Shown here in pieces: positions 1 through 12,724 of a stretch of DNA of 64,000 nt. A program made the position numbers and the translations under genes. How positions within the stretch are numbered: position 1 is the first letter of the stretch; every line of letters begins with the position of its first letter. A model generated the notes under the pieces. The model made no database searches. It was not told the origin of the DNA and saw only the letters and a list, made by a program, of their open reading frames with translations. This DNA comes from Chiloscyllium plagiosum (lineage: Eukaryota). The DNA is taken from contig NC_057719.1 in assembly GCF_004010195.1 (NCBI RefSeq), forward strand, positions 95,696,094 through 95,760,093, in the 5' to 3' direction.

Positions 1-389
1 ACAAGGATCGGTGCTGGGTCCACTACTTTTCGTCATTTACATAAATGATTTGGATATGAGCATAAGTAAGTAAGCATAGTTAGTAAGTTTGCAGATGACA
101 CCAAAATTGGAGGTGAAGTGGACAGCGAAGAAGGTTACCTCAGATTACAACAGGATCTTGACCAGATGGGCCAATGGACTGAGAAGTGGCAGATGGAGTT
201 TAATTTAGATCAATACGAGGTGCTGCATTTTGGGAAAGCAAATCTTAGCAGGACTTATACACTTAATGGTAAGGTTCTAGGGAGTGTTGCTGAACAAAGA
301 GACCTTGGAGTGCAGGTTCATAGCTCCTTTAAAGTACAGTCGTAGGTACATGGGGTGGTGAAGAAGGTGTTTGGTATGCTTTCCTTTAT
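1..389 (+). mobile_element. CR1/HER1-type LINE ORF2 RT fragment (5' part of a copy interrupted by a nested insertion)
   Basis: Encodes QGSVLGPLLFVIYINDLD...KFADDTK...WQMEFN, the CR1 RT motifs. It is highly similar to 44498-44825 and resumes at 2459. Confidence 0.95.
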
Positions 390-2458
390 AGAACATAGAA
401 CAATACAGCACAGAACAGGTCCTTCGGCCCTCCATGTTGCACTGACTTGTGCACTAATCTAAGCCCATCCCCTACACTATCCCATCATCATCCATGTGCT
501 TATCCAAGGATTGTTTAAATCTCCCTAATGTAACTGAGTTAACTACATTGGCAGGCAGGGCATTCCACGCCCTTACCACTCTCTGAGTAAAGAACCTGCC
601 TCTGACATCTGTTATTAAATCTATCACCCCTCAATTTGTAGTTATGCCCCCTCGCACAAGCTGACGTTATCATCCTAGGAAAAAGACTCTCACTGTCTAC
701 TTTATCTAATCCTCTGATCATCTTGTATGTCTCTGTCAAATCCCCCCTCAACCTTCTTCTTTCCAATGAGAACAGACGCAAGTCTCTCAGCCTTTCCTCA
801 TAAAATCTTCCCTCCAGACCAGGCAACATCCTGATAAATCTCCTCTGCACCTTTTCCAATGCTTTCACATCCTTCTGGGGTGACCAGAACTGTACACAAT
901 ATTCCAAGTGTGGCCACACCAGCATTTTGCATAGTTGCAGCATGACATTACGGCTTCGGAACTCAATTCCTCTACCAATGAAACCTAACACACCGTATGC
1001 CTCCTTAACAGCACTATCCACCTGGGTGGCAACTTTCAGGGATCTATGTACACGGACTTCAAGATCCTTCTGCATATCCACACTATCAAGAATCTTTCTA
1101 TTTACCCAGTACTCTGCCTTCCTGTTATTCTTCCCAAAGTGAATCACCTCACGTTTATCTGTATTGAACTCCATTTGCCACCTCTCAGCCCAGTTCTGCA
1201 GTTTATCCAAATCCCCCTGCAACCTGTAACATTCTTCCACACTGCACCGACTACTCCACCAACTTTAGGGTCGTCGGCAAACTTACTAATCCATCCACCT
1301 ATGCCTGCGTCTAAGTCATTTATAAAAATAACAAACAGCAGTGGTCCCAAAACAGATCCTTGTGTTTCCAGGCTGAATATTTTCTTAGCAGGACTTATAC
1401 ACTTAATGGTAAGGTTCTAGGGAGTGTTGAATATTTTCCATCAACCACCATTCACTGCCTTCTTCCATTTTCTAATGGAAACTGCTCAATCATCCTCAAT
1501 CCCATGCCTCTGCATTTCTCCAACAGCCTACCATGTGGAACCTTTATCAAAGCTTTACTGAAGTCCATATACACAACTTCAACTGCCCTACCCTCATCTA
1601 CATGCTTGGTCATCTTCTCAAAAATCTCAATAATGTTTGTGAGACATCACCTGCTGTTGACGGAACCATGTTGACTGTCTGAAATCAAATTGTTGCTTGC
1701 TAGATGATTATAAATCTTATTTCATATAATCTTTTCCAAAACTTTTCCCACAACAGACTTAAGGCTCACTGGTCTATAATTACCTAGGTCATCTCTACTG
1801 CCCTTTTTGAACAAGGGCACAACATTTGCAATCCTCCAGTCCTCTGGTACTAAACCTGTAGACAATGATGACTGAAGATCAAAGCCAAAGGCTCCAACAC
1901 CTCCTCCCTAGCTTCCCAGAGAATCTTTGGATAAATCCCATCCGGCCCAGGGGACTTGTCTACTTTCACTCCTTCTAGAATCGATAACACCTCTTCCTTA
2001 CTAATTTCAATCCTTTCTAGTCTAATATCCCATATCTCATTCTTCTCCTCTACAATATTCTCCTTTTCTTGAGTGAAAACAGATGAGAAATATTTGTTTA
2101 GTACTTCCCCAATCTCCACAGGGTCCACACACAACTTCCCACTTCTATCTTTGACTGGCCCAATTCCTACCCTAGTCATCCTTATTTTTTCCTCATATAC
2201 CTATAGAAAGCTTTAGGGTTCTCCTTTATGCTAACAGATAAAGACTGTTTTTGTCCTCTTTCCAGACAGTAATATACCTATCAACCAGCTCCACATTTCA
2301 ATTGTCCCCATTTCCTGCAGTTTGCTGCCCTGTTCTATGCATCCGAAGTCTTGCCTATTCACATTATAACTACCCTTTCCCCATTGATAACTCTTGCCCT
2401 GTGGCATGTACCAATCCTTTTCCATCGCTAAACTAAACATAACCAAATTATGGTCATG
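390..2458 (-). mobile_element. CR1 LINE (5'-truncated, degenerate ORF2) nested in the + strand CR1
   Basis: 3' tail (TTCTATG)n at ~388-402. Minus ORFs contain FADD, KSPGPDG and PHLEYCVQFWSP. Host element is continuous across the insertion with a TTAT duplication (386-389 / 2459-2462). Confidence 0.95.
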
Positions 2459-3121
2459 TTATTGGTCAGAGTATTGAGTACAGGAATTGGGAGGTCATGT
2501 TGCGGTTGTAAAGACATTGGTTAGGCCACTGTTGGAATATTGCGTGTAGTTCTGGTCTCCTTCCTACCGGAAAGATGTTGTGAAACTTGAAAGGGTTCAG
2601 AAAAGATTTACAAGGATGTTGCCAGGGTTGGAGGATTTGAACTACAGGGAGAGGCTGAACAGGATGGGGCTGTTTTCCCTGGAGCATCGGAGGCTGAGTG
2701 GTGACCTGAGAGAGATTTATAAAATCATGAGGGGCTTGGTTAGGATAAATAGACAAAGTCTTTTCCCTGGGTTGGGGGGCTCCAGAACTAGAGGGCATAG
2801 GTTTAGGATGAGAGGGGAAAGACGTAAAAGAGACCTAAGGGGCAACGTTTTCACGTAGAGTGAGGTACATGTATGGAATGAGCTGCCAGAGGAAGTGGTG
2901 GAGGCTGGTACAATTACAGAGCTGTCAGAGGAAGTGGTGGAGGCTGGTTCAATTACAATATTTTTAAAAGGCATTTGGATGAGTATCTGAATAGGAAGGG
3001 TTTGGAGGGATATGGGCCGGGTGCTGGCAGGTGGGACTAGATTGGGTTGGGATATCTGGTCGGCATGGACGGGTTGGACCGAAGGGTCTGTTTCTGGGCT
3101 CTGTGACTCTATGACTCTATT
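2459..3121 (+). mobile_element. CR1/HER1 LINE 3' portion with (ATGACTCT)n tail
   Basis: LERVQKRFTRMLPGL and RTRGHRF motifs; ends ctgtgactctatgactctat. Contains a 39-bp tandem duplication at 2880-2957. Confidence 0.95.
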
Positions 3122-4397
3122 TGAATTTGGCTGAAGGTATTCAACAAAAGAGTTGCAGGTATGTTGCTCAACCACTGATTTCAATGTAACAGCAACGTAA
3201 AAGTGGACTTTCCTCATATTCATTTCCACTGATGATATGGGATGTTCTGGATGGCACACAGAGCAGTACATTACAGGATGGCTTAGGGACCCAAAGGGAC
3301 ACTGCCCACACGCTCAGATAGAGCTTGGAGATGCTGATTGAAGAGTTCTGGAGGAGTAATGTCCTGTACCAGCAAGGAGAAGGAAATCAAGGAAAAAATC
3401 CTGCTTTTCTCACCCTTCTGTCCCTTTCTCCTTGACAGTTGGTGCTTTTCTCCCTCATTTTATATCCTCGTCCTACTCCTGGTCGTGACCAAAGGATGTT
3501 CCTGGCTGAATATCGATGATGAGCATTCCTTTTCTCCTGGTCAATACTTACCTTTAATAAGGTGATGTAGTGCAGTTGTGTTTAGGTGAAGGATTTAGAA
3601 AATTTCCACAATGAATGTTGCTTGAGTATGGGTGAAGATTTGACAAACTATCTCAAAAAACGTTTGTTTTTCTCTGTGGTGTATCCTCTCTCCAGCTACA
3701 CAGCATTTGAAGTAATCTCTTGAAGTAATATTTGAAATCCAAATTAATGCAGTGTTGATTCCAAAATAGCTGCTCACTGATAGGAGAGGGCATTAGAACA
3801 AATGTTTATGATTAAATACCATGTGCCCTCTTTAATGAGTGTTAACAGCTATTTTAATTGGTGATTGACTATGTGACAAACTTCTACAGAGTTGTTCACA
3901 AACTCCAAGTCCTTTTCCATGATGCTGACTTCTGCTCTCAGCAGGATAAAATGCTTTTGCAGCTTGAAATCCAAAATGGCCACCTTGGAATGTATTTAGT
4001 GTTAAAAATACTAGAAAGAAAATCACTCCAATATCTTCTTCCTAGACCCTCCCTGAGTTCCCTCACTCTCTCTTCTTGCAGCTGAACCTACTTTGCCCGA
4101 CTTCTCTCCATGCACCTTGTCAATTTGAAGAGAATGGACTATCAGGCCATGGAAATTCAGAAGTAACCTCCTTCACAAACAATTTTTAAACAAGATAAAA
4201 TGTACAGCAAAGACAGTCAGGTCACTCCCTGCAGCTAGGAGAACTGAACCAGCTAATTTCAAGGCCCTCTTGAGCCCTTAGAGTTATCCATACCATTTAA
4301 CATTGCTCAGATTGAGGTTAAGGCAGGATATAGGTTGGAGTGGAGAGCTGGTAAATAGCAAGCCCAGTTTCAAATTAGTATTCCAAATGGTTTGCAC

Positions 4398-4549
4398 TGC
4401 ATATTCTTACACATGGAAAAGTGTAAGTAACCAACTTGACAAAGCAATTTGTTAAAGAGTCACTGCATTGTATGTTGCAGGCAGTGGTTCTTTAACAAAT
4501 TGCTTTGTCAAGTTGGTATCTTACACTTTTCCATGTGTAAGAATATGCA
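4398..4549. repeat. Near-perfect palindrome (69-bp arms, 14-nt loop)
   Basis: 4398-4466 is the reverse complement of 4481-4549 with 4 non-Watson-Crick positions; 2 of them would be G-U wobbles in a + strand RNA. Confidence 0.95.
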
Positions 4550-4654
4550 TGTGAATCATGAGCAATGTTTGAAATGTTAGGCGGCTATTTAAACGTATCA
4601 TTCAAATACAAGTGCATCAACGTTGTATCATGATTCCATGCAAAAGCTGTCTAA

Positions 4655-4728
4655 CAGGGTGTGGACTCGCTGGGCCAAATGGCCTGTTTCCCCTCTGTAG
4701 GGATTCTACGATTCTATTCTATTCTATG
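4655..4728 (+). mobile_element. HE1 SINE / HER1 LINE 3' tail fragment
   Basis: gggccaaatggcctgtttcc...gtagggattctacgattctattctattctat matches the tails of the other SINEs in the window. Confidence 0.8.
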
Positions 4729-4729
4729 A

Positions 4730-5440
4730 TACAACCATTTCCCTTAAAGAACATAAAATATCCAACCATCCAATAACCTTTGCATCTTTCAGGAAATTGG
4801 ATTCCGTTGGCTCATTCTTTTCTCTCGGCCAATGTCTCACCATAACTATTCCACTCACAGCCTATATCTGCCTCGGAAACACTGTCCATCTCTTCCTCAA
4901 CTTCAATTTACCTTCTGCTGAAATTTGCATCCTTACCTTTCTCACCTTAACTTGATCATTTAAATATACACCTGGCTGGCCTTTCATCATTCAGTTTCCA
5001 TGATACATCCCTCCATAGTCTCACACAGTCTCTACCTCTACAATATCTCCCAGCCTTATAACCTTCTGAGATTTCTGACCTTCTCCAACTCTGGTCTCTT
5101 ATGCATTTCTGATTTTCACTGTTCAACCATTGTCAGTGATTGTCATAGGTATTCCAGTTGAGCAAGTGAGATCAGAAGCAGTACGACCAATGATCAATGT
5201 TGGTTCCAGATAACATTGTGCTGTGTGGTGGGAATGATGAGAGTATGAATATCTGCAAGCTCAACAAAAGCACAGAGGGCAGGGAAATGAAGGTCCTTGG
5301 TCAGAGGAGCCAATATACAGATTGTTAGTTTGAGCCGAGGGAAGAGAATCAGAGTGGGGATGTAAACATTAAGTTTGAAGCACATTGAGTTATCATTAAG
5401 TTCAAGAAAGTGAATACTTCAAGTACATGGGTCATTAGCA
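4730..5440. mobile_element. Decayed L2-like LINE fragments (+ then - orientation)
   Basis: Pyrimidine-rich decayed sequence resembling L2 3' regions (ccttctccaactctggtctcttatgcatttc); recognised from memory only. Confidence 0.4.
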
Positions 5441-6576
5441 GTAAGAGTGGATGCATGGGAATGGAAATAAAATAACAAATTACCTTTCATTGGAAAATTG
5501 GAAAATTCTATGTGTTTTACCTTGGCTGACAAGTCTACTTTGTGGCATTTTATTAAGTGCCTTTTAGAAGTACAAGTACACCACATTAATGACATTGGCT
5601 CTTTTAACCATTTCTTACATCATTTGTTAAAGTGGTTCAATCCGGCAGATTATTTACAGGAACTGCATGTCGTTCTATAAAAAAGGAACTGAGTTAACAT
5701 CTGTTTCAGGGTGTAAAATCTCTCATATCCTTCTCAGTTTGTTCAACAAAGATATTCCATTTGAGGAAAGCAATTTTGGACAAAGGAGTTAAGGATTTTT
5801 ATGAATATTTAGTGCTAAATTGCAGATTAGAAACATTTTTTAGACACAAGATATGATTCATATTTTTCTTTGAGATACAGTGCAACAAGATTAGGCACTA
5901 AATTCTAAGCAATAGTTTTACAGTTTGAATAGAAACATCTATGAGAGGAGTTTAACTGTAATATTGGAGACATTTATTTTGTGAATGAAAACTTGAAGAC
6001 ATTTTCCAATTTGCAAATTTAAATTTTCAGGGGAATATATCCAAATCTATTTGTTGACCGAGGTACTGTAAGTACAAACAGTATCTTGTTGGGATTGTTC
6101 CATCAATTTGAATACTTTAGTGTAATTGACTTAGTTATTTTACATTTATGTGCTTCTACATTAAATATGAGATTACATTTGGGAGTAATATACTTAATAT
6201 TGTGCCCAAACTGCCATATTTCTGCTTTTAAACTAATCTGGAAATAGACAGCCACTGGTATTCAACACATTCCCACAATTATTGTACTCATTATTAAACA
6301 AATCATCATTGTGAGACTGATGATTGAGAGTTTGATTTCTTCTAATGTTTCCAAGACACAATTTGACATGTTCACTCAATTTCCTGTCTGCAGTATTTTA
6401 ATGTAAATGATTTGACCCTTTCTGTCAACACCGTGTAGGAAAGAATTGATAATCTTGTTAACCAATATACTAAGGATAGGACATAGAGCAAGTTAAGCGG
6501 TATCATTAACCAAATTTGTAGCAAACATTAATACCTGTACAGTCAATTCTGGCTCCAGCAAATATGTTTCAACATA

Positions 6577-6610
6577 ATATATATATATATATATATCTAT
6601 ATTATATATA
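6577..6610. repeat. (TA)n microsatellite
   Basis: atatatatatatatatatatctatattatatata. Confidence 0.9.
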
Positions 6611-7653
6611 CATTTTAATTTCTACTGAAATGCTTGACTATTCATTTCCATTTTTGTGATTTTGTTAATGCATCATCTGTATGATTTCTGTAATGTATTT
6701 GATAATTAAGGGCTCAAGACCTCAATCCGGCATTGAACATTGAATATCTGCCCACTGGTTTAATTGTGTAGGAGACAATTAGCAGTTCATCTCCACATTC
6801 ACTATTCAATAGGGATAGCAGGTGATCTGCACAGGACCAATCAGAATGCCTAAAGTGTAGAGCAGCCAGCAGCCTCACTGTGGAGGCCCATTCCACCTGA
6901 TCTGGATGGAGAAGGAAATGGCAGGACAAGATGGAGATTTGTTACTGAATATGAGGTAAACAACCAATTCCTCAGGCCCTGCACATTCTGGTGCAGGTGA
7001 AACACATGGATTTCCAGGCAGATGGCTTGAAGATTGACAATGTGGTCCTTCAAAGTGAACATTGGAAATGTATTTTTTCTTCAAGTTTAATCAGTATCAC
7101 AAACTCCTCACAGGGTTATTTACAGCAAAGCTAGAGGTCACATGCCACAAGTCAGCTGATACACGAGGTATAATTGCATTTCTCCAAAATTTCACTTCTC
7201 ATCCAAAAATAGACATTTGCATGCATTAACATTTGCAGTTACAAGTTGGGCAGGCTGCTAATATATATATATGTCACCAAGAAGATGATCATTAATTCAC
7301 AAAACAGTGTATCAGTTCCATTTTCATCAGTCTCTCCATATGCATGACGTGCATCATCTTCAAATTATTATGTTCTCCAAATGGGGATATCATTGGCTGA
7401 CAAAAAGGGTCAAATCATTTACATTAAAATGCTGCACACTCCATATGTGCTGTTTCTTCTGTGAGAAGTGCTATTTGCTGTGGCAAGCTCTGTTGACATG
7501 GTGGCTGTAGTTGTTGATGCATTTCTGTTGTTGGGAAACAGTGGGCCTCTGACACTGTTCATTTTGTACTTTGTGCAGGGGATACTATCACTTCTCCCAG
7601 ATCTGTAGCCAAGGGAAAGAACAGCTGTACATACTTAGGTTGTGTGTACAGGA

Positions 7654-7862
7654 TGAAATAACTACACAGAGGTCGGTATTCCATCACCAAGTCCCCCCAC
7701 TTTATTTATGGCCAGCCAGCTGAGAGTAAGTCCCTGAACTAAGGAGATTCCGAATCTCCTGTTAATATTGTTTGGACAGGGCTATCCTGATTGGCCTAGG
7801 TTAACAACCACAATCAAGTACATTGTAGAAAACACATGATCCATCTGGTTCCAATCACTGCA
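7654..7862 (-). mobile_element. Gypsy-type solo LTR (diverged)
   Basis: On the minus strand it begins TGCAGTGATT and ends TTATTTCA, matching the termini of the LTRs at 30949 and 62362. No clean TSD seen. Confidence 0.7.
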
Positions 7863-7899
7863 AAGTCTAATATGATAATTAGCTGATTATTCACATTCA

Positions 7900-8870
7900 C
7901 TGTGTACGATCAAGGTAACAACTCCTCCATACAGGTCCTGAGTTGACATGTGAGCTGACTCTGATTGTCAGTGTTGAACATTGGCATTCTGACAAGCTCT
8001 GCAGTGCTCAGTTCTGGCATTGACTTGGCAGTTTTATTGCAGTAGAATTTGGCTTTCTGTCATTTTGCCATGATTTTGTCATTTGTACTTATATTACTTC
8101 AGGTTTCAATAATATTCTTTTCGATTGTTGTCAAAATATAGATGCAATGTGACATTAGACTTTAGACTAGACTACTTTCCATGCCTTCAGTAGATGTATT
8201 TCTCCACTGAAGGATTGCACTATAGAAGTCTGTGCTGGATTTACTTTATTATCTATTTGATGATGTCACTGCCACATCAGCCATTCCATTTGGCTATGTT
8301 TGGCTTGGAGATGATGTATTGTGTTTAATTTCATGAATCTTTGAAATGCCAGAATTCTTCACTCCATGAATTGTGAGCCATTGTCATTCATGACAATGTT
8401 GGGAACACTATAAAAATTGAAGTATGTATCTAGCCATTCCATAATAACGATGATGGTGACAAGATAATTAGCTCCTCTGGAGTGCAGGGGACAATCCAAG
8501 TGATGGCATGTGTCTTAACAACATTGGCTGATATGGTCCTTTTTCTCATTGTTCATGTTTGGTTGGCAAAGCACATCTCTTCTCTTCCTCAGACTGCACT
8601 CAATCCCATTGTAGCTTTTGTGAATGTGCTTCAGCATCACTTTTCCCATCTCCTTCAGGATAATGATTTTTAGCTCCTTTGTGCAAGATGCCATCTTGGA
8701 CTATCACTTTCTCTGTATGCTCTGTGTACTGTCACAGCAACAGAGATGTCCTTGATGATTTCAAGCTATTTTTCATCACTATGTCCTGCAGCTAGTAAAG
8801 AATGTTATCTTGTTGCCTACTTTGCTAGATTTGAGCATGTGTTGAACAATCTGTATGTTATATTAATGAT
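7900..8870 (-). mobile_element. Decayed Gypsy pol (integrase zinc-finger and core)
   Basis: Minus-strand translation gives DGILHKGAKIIILKEM...LKHIH...GIECSLR and FYSVPNIVMNDNGSQF (the integrase D-N-G-x-Q-F core), with many stops and frameshifts. Confidence 0.75.
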
Positions 8871-9344
8871 ATTTAGCTTCATGTTCATTTCAACTCATTC
8901 ATTTAAAGTCACAATTAATGGGAGCCATTCTTAGCTACAAATAAGAAATTAAATGACTTTAATTATTACAGAAATTAGGTTCAAGGTTGGAATCCTGTGA
9001 AAATTAACATGAAGCTTGTAAATTGGAATGCAGAAAGTCAATAATTGGAGATGAGGATTATGTGGGTTTTAAAGGATTGTATGTTTTAGAATGAAGGGAT
9101 TTCTGAACAATATTTTTGAAAGTGGAGTTCTGTAAACCAGTTAACTCTAGTAGAAGACTTGGTATTGATTTCTGATTTTGAGTACTCATGATGCAAGGAG
9201 GGTTAAGAGAATGTAGAGCAGTATATCCAGAGCTTAGGAAAAACAGAAAAATAGACAATGATATAACTGTGCCATTTCAGTTAAACACACACATGGTATC
9301 ATCTGTTAGAAAATAGATAATTAAAGATAAATTTGAAGATGATT

Positions 9345-9450
9345 TTCTCTGCATTTCTCTCAACAGATGCTGACAGAGCTGTTGAATCACTCCAGCACTT
9401 TCTGTTATTGTTTCAGATTTTCAGGCGACACAATTCTTTATTTTTAATTT
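9345..9450 (+). mobile_element. Degenerate PLE pLTR 3' fragment
   Basis: tttctctcaacagatgctgacagagctgttg...ccagcactttctgtt matches the 20020-20080 family. Confidence 0.6.
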
Positions 9451-10180
9451 GACTGGATTAAGCAAAATGGTCTAAAAGGGCCGGAAAGTTTGGGAGACTT
9501 TATTCTTATCATTGAAAAGCCAGAAAGTTGTTCTTAAGATTTGCAATAAAAGCAGGAATTGATCACTTATTCTAAAAGAAGTGTACATTATATATAGTAA
9601 ACTCACGATAAGGAATTATTTATTAAATCTGCAAACAATAAAAAAGACTGGAATCCCTCATTTACCTGTTAATGGTAAACATTGAATATTTGAGTCATAA
9701 AACATGGAGAAATCCTCAGTGCAGAAGCAAAGAACAGCAGAATTGACACAACTGCAAAAATAAAAAGATTTAAGCGAGTAAAATATATAATCAATGGCCT
9801 CAGGAGAAATATAATATTGTCAAGAAGACTTAACTTCAGAGATGGGCCAAATACAATACACAATTGGACACTGTTGAGGAAGCAAATTCTGACATACAAA
9901 AGAGGTTCCAAATCAGAAACTGAATAACAAATACACGACAATACACAACTGAGCTGATGTCATTATAGCTCAAAAAATGGTCAAAGAAATAAAATATATT
10001 TTTGAAGAGGTTTAAACAATTACTTCAACATCAGAATTAAAAGTTTTGAATGAACAAAGTTTATTGGAAGAGTTTGGCTTGTAGAGCAATCCATAGACAA
10101 TTTCAATCCTGGTCTATACAGATAGTGGAAACATATAACACAGAATTCACATGAGATAGAACTGTTGTAAGAATTGCTCA

Positions 10181-10670
10181 GAATTAGAATCCCTACAGTC
10201 TGGAAACAGGCCCTTCAGCCCAATAATTCCTGAAGAAGGGCTTATTCCTGAAAAAGGGCTTATGCCCGAAACGTTGATTCTCCTGCTCCTCAGATACTGC
10301 CTGGCCTACTGTGTTTTTCCAGCATCACATTTTTCAACTCTGGTCTCCAGCATTTGCAGTCCTCACTTTCTCCTTCAGCCTAACAAGTCCATACTGACCC
10401 TCCAAAGAGTATCCCACCCAAACTCATTCCTCTACATTTCACCTGTCTAATGTACATAACCTACACATCCCTTAACACTATGGGCAATTTAGAATGGCCA
10501 ATTCACCTGACCAGCACATCTTTGGATTGTGGGAGGAAACCGGAGCACCCGGAGGAAACCCACACAGACACGGAGAGAACGTGCAAACACTGTCACCCGA
10601 GGCTGGGATCAAACCTGGGGCCCTGGCGCTGTGAGGCAGCAGTGCTAACCACGGAGGCAACATGCTGCCC
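10181..10670 (-). mobile_element. HE1-type tRNA-derived SINE interrupted by a PLE fragment
   Basis: On the minus strand: head GGGCAGCATG...GTGGTTAGC, B-box GGTTTGATCCC, core TCTCCGTGTCTGTGTGGGTTTCCTCCGGGTGCTCCGG, tail GTAGGGATTCTA. Confidence 0.92.
10226..10374 (+). mobile_element. PLE pLTR fragment with hammerhead-like motif (stuttered 5' end)
   Basis: attcctgaagaagggctt-attcctgaaaaagggcttatgcccgaaacgtt... Imperfect TSD ccttcagccYaaYaa at 10212-10226 and 10372-10386. Confidence 0.85.
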
Positions 10671-10893
10671 TTCTGGAGTCTTCGTCAGGTTTCTTACAAG
10701 CCACAGAGACATGGCTCTAGAGCCAGCCATGCTGGTAGTAAATCTATTCTCAGCTCCATGATAAAACATTTACTGAAAACTAATCCAAAGCTGTTACTTG
10801 GCAGTTATTTTTATTTTCAACCCAAAAGCAGTTACTGCCAATTTGTCTCACAACGTTATAAAATCCAGATGTTTCAAAAAAATGACATGTCCT

Positions 10894-11135
10894 CATGTGA
10901 CCAATGAGTGATCGCCATGCAACTATGATTCCTGATGAAGGGCTCCTGCCCAAAACGTCGATTTTCCTGCTCCTCAGATGCTGCCTGACCTGCTGTGCTT
11001 TTCCAGCACCACTCTAATCTTGACCATACAGCTCCATGTGACCAAAGAGTGATCACCATACAGCTCCATGTGACCAAAGAGTGATCACCATACAGCTCCA
11101 TGTGTCCAAAGAGTGATCACCATACAGTTCCATGT
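10894..11135. repeat. 32-bp tandem repeat (about 4 copies) interrupted by a PLE fragment (10927-11022)
   Basis: Unit catgtgaccaaagagtgatcaccatacagctc at 11035, 11067 and 11099, with a diverged copy at 10894. The inserted piece begins gattcctgatgaagggctcctgcccaaaacgtc. Confidence 0.9.
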
Positions 11136-11139
11136 TTCT

Positions 11140-11632
11140 TTCATAGAGTTGTACAACACCGAAACAGATGCTTTAGTCCCACCAGTCCAGGCCGAACATA
11201 ATCCCAAACTAAGCCAGTCCCACCTGCCTGCTCCTGACCCTATCCCTCCAAACTTTACTTATTCATGTATCCATCCAGATGCCTCTTAAACACTGTAACT
11301 GTACTCACATCCACCACTTCCTCAGGAAGTTCATTCCACGCTCAATCCACCCTTTGTGAAAAAAAATTGCGCTGATGTCTTTTTTAAATCTCCCTACTAT
11401 CACATTAAAAATGTGCCCCAATTGAAATTCCCCACTTTTGGGAAAAGGGAACTGTCATCAATTCTATCAAAACCTCTCATTATTTTATAAACTTCTATCA
11501 GGTCACCTCGCAACCTCGTACACTCCAGTGAAAGAAAGTCCCAGCCTATCCAGCCTTTCTTTATAACACAACCCTTCCATACCTGGCAACATCCTGGTGA
11601 ATCTCTTCTGAACCCTCTCCAGCTTAATAATA
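11140..11632 (-). mobile_element. CR1 LINE 3' fragment
   Basis: Minus ORF has RLRGDLIEVYKIMRG; CR1 3' UTR follows. Confidence 0.9.
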
Positions 11633-12724
11633 TCAAAAACATCCAATAGTCCAAGCTTCCATTTTCTGATTTTTATTTCAAATAAAGTATACGTAGTCTT
11701 TTCAAAATCTTCTCATTCAAAGAAAACATATTGCTGGACAACAGTGAAACCTCCACATCACTCAGTCAGATGTTTGGGGTTTTCATGCAGTTGGCCTTTC
11801 CTTCCAAAGTGGAAAGGATGAGCCTGAAGTTTGGTGTGATGCTGTCTCCTTCACTGGAAGCAGAGTCTAACAAGTCTCGCAGACAGCCATTGGACCCTGC
11901 ATGGCAGGCTCACTAATTCAACAAACATGCCTTCCATTTTCACCCACAATCCACCCAATCGAAATCTGCTTGTGAGACCCTGCAGTAGAACATGTCTGCG
12001 TATCAGCCTCTGCAAAACAGGCAAATACGTTACTGTTTCTCCTTGGCTGTGCCTCATCACATCCAGCTCTGAGTATAATCCATCAGGCTTCTTTCTGAGT
12101 TGGCAGCTGGCTGTGTAAGGTCCAGGAATGGTACACTGTCATCACAATCAGCACTTGCTATTGGTCTTTCTGCTGTGCTCTGCTAAGGCTGGGTAGATGT
12201 CATTTCTTGGATGTCTAAGAGCATAAAAACATAAATACTATTGGGAAAAGGAAAGGGGTTGGTGGAGAGGAAAGCATGGATTCCATGGTCACAATATCTC
12301 CTACTTTCACTTCAGACCATATCTCAGATTCAGGGTCAAGAGAATATTCAGAATGAAATAAGGAGGTCTCTTAATGTTGGGCTGGACAGCCTCTGCCAGG
12401 TCATGTGCCATGGATTCTATTACTACCCCCCAACACCCCCTAAGGAGGTGAAGGCACACCAGCTGTCTCACTTCCATTGGTAAACATCTCATCAATGTCA
12501 GTGATTACATTCCAAAGTGATGTGCCTGCCACAGCTGAATAGGGAGGCAGTGAGAGGTGGTTTGAGCATGGAAGTATTGGTCAGTGTACAAGGATGAGGC
12601 AGAGTGAGTTCTGAGAGCCAGCATTGGATGCTGGATAAATGATGGTGCTATGATGCATTAAGCAGAGTGAGAGGTGTGGTATTTTTGAGGTGTTAAGTTG
12701 GAAATGGTTAGGTTTATCACAAGT

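Noticed and set aside
11640..12700. Host gene from several 60-80 aa ORFs
   Set aside because: No recognisable domains or consistent splice structure; probably an ancient repeat remnant (also 3130-3600).
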